Shown here: positions 57,010-64,000 of the stretch, in pieces
Numbering within the stretch: position 1 is the stretch's first letter
Layout: every line of letters starts with the position of its first letter
Assembly (NCBI GenBank): GCA_964057225.1
Contig: OZ059898.1
Span: 20,336,001 to 20,400,000, forward strand
Source: Auanema rhodensis
Lineage: Eukaryota > Animalia > Nematoda
Length of the DNA stretch: 64,000 bases
Direction: 5' to 3'
Made by a program: the position numbers and the translations under genes
The notes under the pieces: model-generated
The model's input: only the letters and a program-made list of their open reading frames with translations
What the model was told of the DNA's origin: nothing
Database searches by the model: none

Positions 57010-60000
57010 ACATACCAAGTGCACATCACGTGTACATTTAATTAGCATAAATTAAAGTTCACGTAAATTTCAAAGTCATGGTTACCATGCACCAATATCA
57101 ATAAAAATTTGTTTTTAGACTAATAGGGACATGGGGAATCTAATTTTGAAAACCGCATCTCTTTATCTTTCACGTGAAGCGAGTTACATATAAAGTGCAC
57201 ATCACGTGTACATTTAATTAGCATAAATTAAAGTTCACGTAAATTTCAAAGTCATGGTTACCATGCACCAATATCAATAAAAATTTGTTTTTAGACTAAT
57301 ATGGACATGGGGAATCTAATTTTGAAAACCGCATCTCTTTATCTTTCACGTGAAGCGAGTTACATACCAAGTGCACATCACGTGTACACTTAATTAGCAT
57401 AAATTAAAGTTCACGTAAATTTCAAAGTCATGGTTACCATGCACCAATATCAATAAAAATTTGTTTTTAGACTAATATGGACATGGGGAATCTAATTTTG
57501 AAAACCGCATCTCTTTATCTTTCACGTGAAGCGAGTTACATATAAAGTGCACATCACGTGTACATTTAATTAGCATAAATTAAAGTTCACGTAAATTTCA
57601 AAGTCATGGTTACCATGCACCAATATTAATAAAAATTTGTTTTTAGACTAATATGGACATGGGGAATCTAATTTTGAGAACCGCATCTCTTTATCTTTCA
57701 CGTGAAGCGAGTTACATATAAAGTGCACATCACGTGTACATTTAATTAGCATAAATTAAAGTTCACGTAAGTTTCAAAGTCATGGTTACCATGAACCAAT
57801 ATCAATAAAAATTTGTTTTCAAACTACTATGGACATGGGGAATCTAATTTTGAAAACCGCATCTCTTTATCTTTCACGTGAAGCGAGTTACATACCTAGT
57901 GCACATCACGTGTACATTTAATTAGCATAAGTTAAAGTTCACGTAAATTTCAAAGTCATGGTTACCATGAACCAATATCAATAAAAATTTGTTTTTAGAC
58001 TAATTTGGACATGGGGAATCTAATTTTGAAAACCGCATCTCTTTATCTTTCACGTGAAGCGAGTTACATATAAAGTGCACATCACGTGTACATTTAATTA
58101 GCATAAATTAAAGTTCACGTAAATTTCAAAGTCATGGTTACCATGAACCAATATCAATAAAAATTTGTTTTTAAACTAATATGGACATGGGGATTCTAAT
58201 TTTGAAAACCGCATCTCTTTATCTTTCACGTGAAGCGAGTTACATACCTAGTGCACATCACGTGTACATTTAATTAGCATAAATTAAAGTTCACGTAAAT
58301 TTCAAAGTCATGGTTACCATGAACCAATATCAATAAAAATTTGTTTTTAGACTAATTTGGACATGGGGATTCTAATTTTGAGAACCGCATCTCTTTATCT
58401 TTCACGTGAAGCGAGTTACATATAAAGTGCACATCACGTGTACATTTAATTAGCATAAATTAAAGTTCACGTAAATTTCAAAGTCATGGTTACCATGAAC
58501 CAATATCAATAAAAATTTGTTTTTAGACTAATATGGACATGGGGAATCTACTTTTGAAAACCGCATCTCTTTATCTTTCACGTGAAGCGAGTTACATACC
58601 AAGTGCACATCACGTGTACATTTAATTAGCATAAATTAAAGTTCACGTAAATTTCAAAGTCATGGTTACCATGAACCAATATCAATAAAAATTTGTTTTT
58701 AAACTAATATGGACATGGGGAATCTAATTTTGAAAACCGCATCTCTTTATCTTTCAAGTGAAGCGAGTTACATACCAAGTGCACATCACGTGTACATTTA
58801 ATTAGCATAAATTAAAGTTCACGTAAATTTCAAAGTCATGGTTACCATGAACCAATATCAATAAAAATTTGTTTTCAAACTAATATGGACATGGGGATTC
58901 TAATTTTGAAAACTGCATCTCTTTATCTTTCACGTGAAGCGAGTTACATACCAAGTGCACATCACGTGTACATTTAATTAGCATAAATTAAAGTTCATGT
59001 AAATTTCAAAGTCATGGTTACCATGCACCAATATCAATAAAAGTTTGTTTTTAGACTAATATGGACATGGGGAATCTAATTTTGAGAACCGCATCTCTTT
59101 ATCTTTCACGTGAAGCGAGTTACATATAAAGTGCACATCACGTGTACATTTAATTAGCATAAATTAAAGTTCACGTAAGTTTCAAAGTCATGGTTACCAT
59201 GAACCAATATCAATAAAAATTTGTTTTTAGACTAATATGGACATGGGGAATCTAATTTTGAAAACCGCATCTCTTTATCTTTCACGTGAAGCGAGTTACA
59301 TACCAAGTGCACATCACGTGTACATTTAATTAGCATAAATTAAAGTTCACGTAAATTTCAAAGTCATGGTTACCATGAACCAATATCAATAAAAATTTGT
59401 TTTTAAACTAATATGGACATGGGGAATCTAATTTTTAAAACCGCATTTCTGTATCTTTCAAGTGAAGCGAGTTACATACCAAGTGCACATCACGTGTACA
59501 TTTAATTAGCATAAATTAAAGTTCACGTAAATTTCAAAGTCATGGTTACCATGAACCAATATCAATAAAAATTTGTTTTCAAACTAATATGGACATGGGG
59601 AATCTAATTTTGAAAACCGCATTTCTGTATCTTTCAAGTGAAGCGAGTTACATACCAAGTGCACATCACGTGTACATTTAATTAGCATAAATTAAAGTTC
59701 ACGTAAATTTCAAAGTCATGGTTACCATGAACCAATATCAATAAAAATTTGTTTTCAAACTAATATGGACATGGGGAATCTAATTTTGAAAACCGCATCT
59801 CTTTATCTTTCACGTGAAGCGAGTTACATATAAAGTGCACATCACGTGTACATTTAATTAGCATAAATTAAAGTTCACGTAAATTTCAAAGTCATGGTTA
59901 CCATGAACCAATATCAATAAAAATTTGTTTTTAGACTAATATGGACATGGGGAATCTAATTTTGAAAACCGCATCTCTTTATCTTTCACGTGAAGCGAGT

Positions 60001-63000
60001 TACATATAAAGTGCACATCACGTGTACATTTAATTAGCATAAATTAAAGTTCACGTAAGTTTCAAAGTCATGGTTACCATGAACCAATATCAATAAAAAT
60101 TTGTTTTTAGACTAATATGGACATGGGGAATCTAATTTTGAAAACCGCATCTCTTTATCTTTCACGTGAAGCGAGTTACATACCAAGTGCACATCACGTG
60201 TACATTTAATTAGCATAAATTAAAGTTCACGTAAATTTCAAAGTCATGGTTACCATGAACCAATATCAATAAAAATTTGTTTTTAAACTAATATGGACAT
60301 GGGGAATCTAATTTTTAAAACCGCATTTCTTTATCTTTCAAGTGAAGCGAGTTACATACCAAGTGCACATCACGTGTACATTTAATTAGCATAAATTAAA
60401 GTTCACGTAAATTTCAAAGTCATGGTTACCATGAACCAATATCAATAAAAATTTGTTTTCAAACTAATATGGACATGGGGAATCTAATTTTGAAAACCGC
60501 ATCTCTTTATCTTTCACGTGAAGCGAGTTACATATAAAGTGCACATCACGTGTACATTTAATTAGCATAAATTAAAGTTCACGTAAATTTCAAAGTCATG
60601 GTTACCATGAACCAATATCAATAAAAATTTGTTTTTAGACTAATATGGACATGGGGAATCTAATTTTGAAAACCGCATCTCTTTATCTTTCACGTGAAGC
60701 GAGTTACATACCAAGTGCACATCACGTGTACATTTAATTAGCATAAATTAAAGTTCACGTAAATTTCAAAGTCATGGTTACCATGAACCAATATCAATAA
60801 AAATTTGTTTTCAAACTAATATGGACATGGGGAATCTAATTTTGAAAACCGCATCTCTTTATCTTTCACGTGAAGCGAGTTACATATAAAGTGCACATCA
60901 CGTGTACATTTAATTAGCATAAATTAAAGTTCACGTAAATTTCAAAGTCATGGTTACCATGAACCAATATCAATAAAAATTTGTTTTTAAACTAATATGG
61001 ACATGGGGAATCTAATTTTCAAAACCGCATTTCTTTATCTTTCAAGTGAAGCGAGTTACATACCAAGTGCACATCACGTGTACATTTAATTAGCATAAAT
61101 TAAAGTTCACGTAAATTTCAAAGTCATGGTTACCATGAACCAATATCAATAAAAATTTGTTTTCAAACTAATATGGACATGGGGAATCTAATTTTGAAAA
61201 CCGCATCTCTTTATCTTTCACGTGAAGCGAGTTACATATAAAGTGCACATCACGTGTACATTTAATTAGCATAAATTAAAGTTCACGTAAATTTCAAAGT
61301 CATGGTTACCATGAACCAATATCAATAAAAATTTGTTTTTAAACTAATATGGACATGGGGATTCTAATTTTGAAAACCGCATCTCTTTATCTTTCACGTG
61401 AAGCGAGTTACATACCTAGTGCACATCACGTGTACATTTAATTAGCATAAATTAAAGTTCACGTAAATTTCAAAGTCATGGTTACCATGAACCAATATCA
61501 ATAAAAATTTGTTTTTAGACTAATTTGGACATGGGGATTCTAATTTTGAGAACCGCATCTCTTTATCTTTCACGTGAAGCGAGTTACATATAAAGTGCAC
61601 ATCACGTGTACATTTAATTAGCATAAATTAAAGTTCACGTAAATTTCAAAGTCATGGTTACCATGAACCAATATCAATAAAAATTTGTTTTTAGACTAAT
61701 ATGGACATGGGGAATCTACTTTTGAAAACCGCATCTCTTTATCTTTCACGTGAAGCGAGTTACATACCAAGTGCACATCACGTGTACATTTAATTAGCAT
61801 AAATTAAAGTTCACGTAAATTTCAAAGTCATGGTTACCATGAACCAATATCAATAAAAATTTGTTTTTAAACTAATATGGACATGGGGAATCTAATTTTT
61901 AAAACCGCATTTCTTTATCTTTCAAGTGAAGCGAGTTACATACCAAGTGCACATCACGTGTACATTTAATTAGCATAAATTAAAGTTCACGTAAATTTCA
62001 AAGTCATGGTTACCATGAACCAATATCAATAAAAATTTGTTTTCAAACTAATATGGACATGGGGATTCTAATTTTGAAAACCGCATCTCTTTATCTTTCA
62101 CGTGAAGCGAGTTACATACCTAGTGCACATCACGTGTACATTTAATTAGCATAAATTAAAGTTCACGCAAATTTCAAAGTCATGGTTACCATGAACCAAT
62201 ATCAATAAAAATTTGTTTTTAGACTAATTTGGACATGGGGATTCTAATTTTGAAAACCGCATCTCTTTATCTTTCACGTGAAGCGAGTTACATACCTAGT
62301 GCACATCACGTGTACATTTAATTAGCATAAATTAAAGTTCACGTAAATTTCAAAGTCATGGTTACCATGAACCAATATCAATAAAAATTTGTTTTTAGAC
62401 TAATTTGGACATGGGGATTCTAATTTTGAAAACCGCATCTCTTTATCTTTCACGTGAAGCGAGTTACATACCTAGTGCACATCACGTGTACATTTAATTA
62501 GCATAAATTAAAGTTCACGTAAATTTCAAAGTCATGGTTACCATGAACCAATATCAATAAAAATTTGTTTTTAAACTAATATGGACATGGGGAATCTAAT
62601 TTTGAAAACCGCATCTCTTTATCTTTCACGTGAAGCGAGTTACATACCTAGTGCACATCACGTGTACATTTAATTAGCATAAATTAAAGTTCACGTAAAT
62701 TTCAAAGTCATGGTTACCATGCACCAATATCAATAAAAGTTTGTTTTTAGACTAATATGGACATGGGGAATCTAATTTTGAGAACCGCATCTCTTTATCT
62801 TTCACGTGAAGCGAGTTACATATAAAGTGCACATCACGTGTACATTTAATTAGCATAAATTAAAGTTCACGTAAATTTCAAAGTCATGGTTACCATGAAC
62901 CAATATCAATAAAAATTTGTTTTTAGACTAATATGGACATGGGGAATCTAATTTTGAAAACCGCATCTCTTTATCTTTCACGTGAAGCGAGTTACATACC

Positions 63001-64000
63001 AAGTGCACATCACGTGTACATTTAATTAGCATAAATTAAAGTTCACGTAAATTTCAAAGTCATGGTTACCATGAACCAATATCAATAAAAATTTGTTTTT
63101 AGACTAATTTGGACATGGAGAATCTAATTTTGAAAACCGCATCTCTTTATCTTTCAAGTGATGCGAGTTACATACCAAGTGCACATCACGTGTACATTTA
63201 ATTAGCATAAATTAAAGTTCACGTAAATTTCAAAGTCATGGTTACCATGAACCAATATCAATAAAAATTTGTTTTTAAACTAATATGGACATGGGGAATC
63301 TAATTTTGAAAACCGCATCTCTTTATCTTTCACGTGAAGCGAGTTACATACCTAGTGCACATCACGTGTACATTTAATTAGCATAAGTTGAAGTTCACGT
63401 AAATTTCAAAGTCATGGTTACCATGAACCAATATCAATGAAAATTTGTTTTTAGACTAATATGGACATGGGGAATCTAATTTTGAAAACCGCATCTCTTT
63501 ATCTTTCACGTGAAGCGAGTTACATATAAAGTGCACATCACGTGTACATTTAATTAGCATAAATTAAAGTTCACGTAAATTTCAAAGTCATGGTTACCAT
63601 GCACCAATATTAATAAAAATTTGTTTTTAGACTAATATGGACATGGGGAATCTAATTTTGAAAACCGCATCTCTTTATCTTTCAAGTGAAGCGAGTTACA
63701 TACCAAGTGCACATCACGTGTACATTTAATTAGCATAAATTAAAGTTCACGTAAATTTCAAAGTCATGGTTACCATGAACCAATATCAATAAAAATTTGT
63801 TTTTAAACTAATATGGACATGGGGATTCTAATTTTGAAAACCGCATCTCTTTATCTTTCACGTGAAGCGAGTTACATATAAAGTGCAACATCACGTGTAC
63901 ATTTAATTAGCATAAATTAAAGTTCACGTAAAATTCAAAGTCATGGTTACCATGAACCAATATCAATAAAAATTTGTTTTTAAACTAATATGGACATGGG
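57010..64000. repeat. Satellite subfamily domain B (second copy, truncated by window end)
   Basis: G66/A81 monomers with CCTAG, TATAAAG, GAGAACC, TAAGTTTC, GCATTTC, AATAGGGAC and AATTTGGAC variants, as in 11.4-23.7 kb. Confidence 0.85.

Larger units (their letters stand above)
1..64000. repeat. 176-bp AT-rich tandem satellite DNA array (363 full monomers + 1 partial), candidate centromeric/pericentromeric satellite; runs off both window edges
   Basis: ACATACCAAGTGCACATCACGTG recurs at 1, 177, 352, 528, 704 ... 63698, 63874. The last start fits 1+363x176-15, matching the 15 single-base deletions seen. All copies have the same orientation, differ by only a few substitutions and contain no foreign sequence. 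A centromeric role is inferred only from monomer length, homogeneity and higher-order repeat (HOR) structure. Confidence 0.98.

Noticed and set aside
63881-63890. Single 1-bp insertion (GTGCAACATC)
   Set aside because: It is a singleton and cannot be distinguished from a sequencing or consensus error without reads.
1-64000. CRISPR array or other repeat-spacer system
   Set aside because: There are no unique spacers. The entire 176 bp is repeated and differs only by SNPs, and no cas or other genes are present.
1-64000. Wholly artefactual or synthetic expansion of a single repeat
   Set aside because: Structured, hierarchically shared SNP haplotypes and domain-specific variants fit natural satellite evolution. 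Individual near-identical duplications could still be assembly errors.

Overview
The whole 64 kb is one uninterrupted, head-to-tail, single-orientation tandem array of a 176-bp satellite monomer (about 32% GC), typical of eukaryotic centromeric or pericentromeric heterochromatin. Starting each monomer at ACATACCAAG, I count 363 complete monomers plus a partial 364th at 63874-64000. Fifteen monomers carry a 1-bp deletion (175 bp), and there is one 1-bp insertion at about 63888. Consensus: ACATACCAAGTGCACATCACGTGTACATTTAATTAGCATAAATTAAAGTTCACGTAAATTTCAAA(C/G)TCATGGTTACCATG(C/A)ACCAATATCAATAAAAATTTGTTTTTAGACTAATATGGACATGG(G/A)GAATCTAATTTTGAAAACCGCATCTCTTTATCTTTCACGTGAAGCGAGTT. I find no credible genes, RNA genes, transposons, CRISPR arrays or inversions. 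The nine 60-aa ORFs result from one satellite SNP that removes a TAG. The informative content lies in the SNP pattern. Diagnostic variants split the array into domains ordered A-B-C-A-B, suggesting a period of about 46 kb. Nested within are duplicated blocks of 2-23 monomers, chimeric junction monomers, a probable short gene-conversion tract and a small diverged island. The monomer is rich in dyads and carries E-box/CDEI-like and CENP-B-box-like motifs. I cannot name the satellite family or organism, and I see no evidence of a new protein-coding system. All counts were made by eye and should be confirmed computationally.
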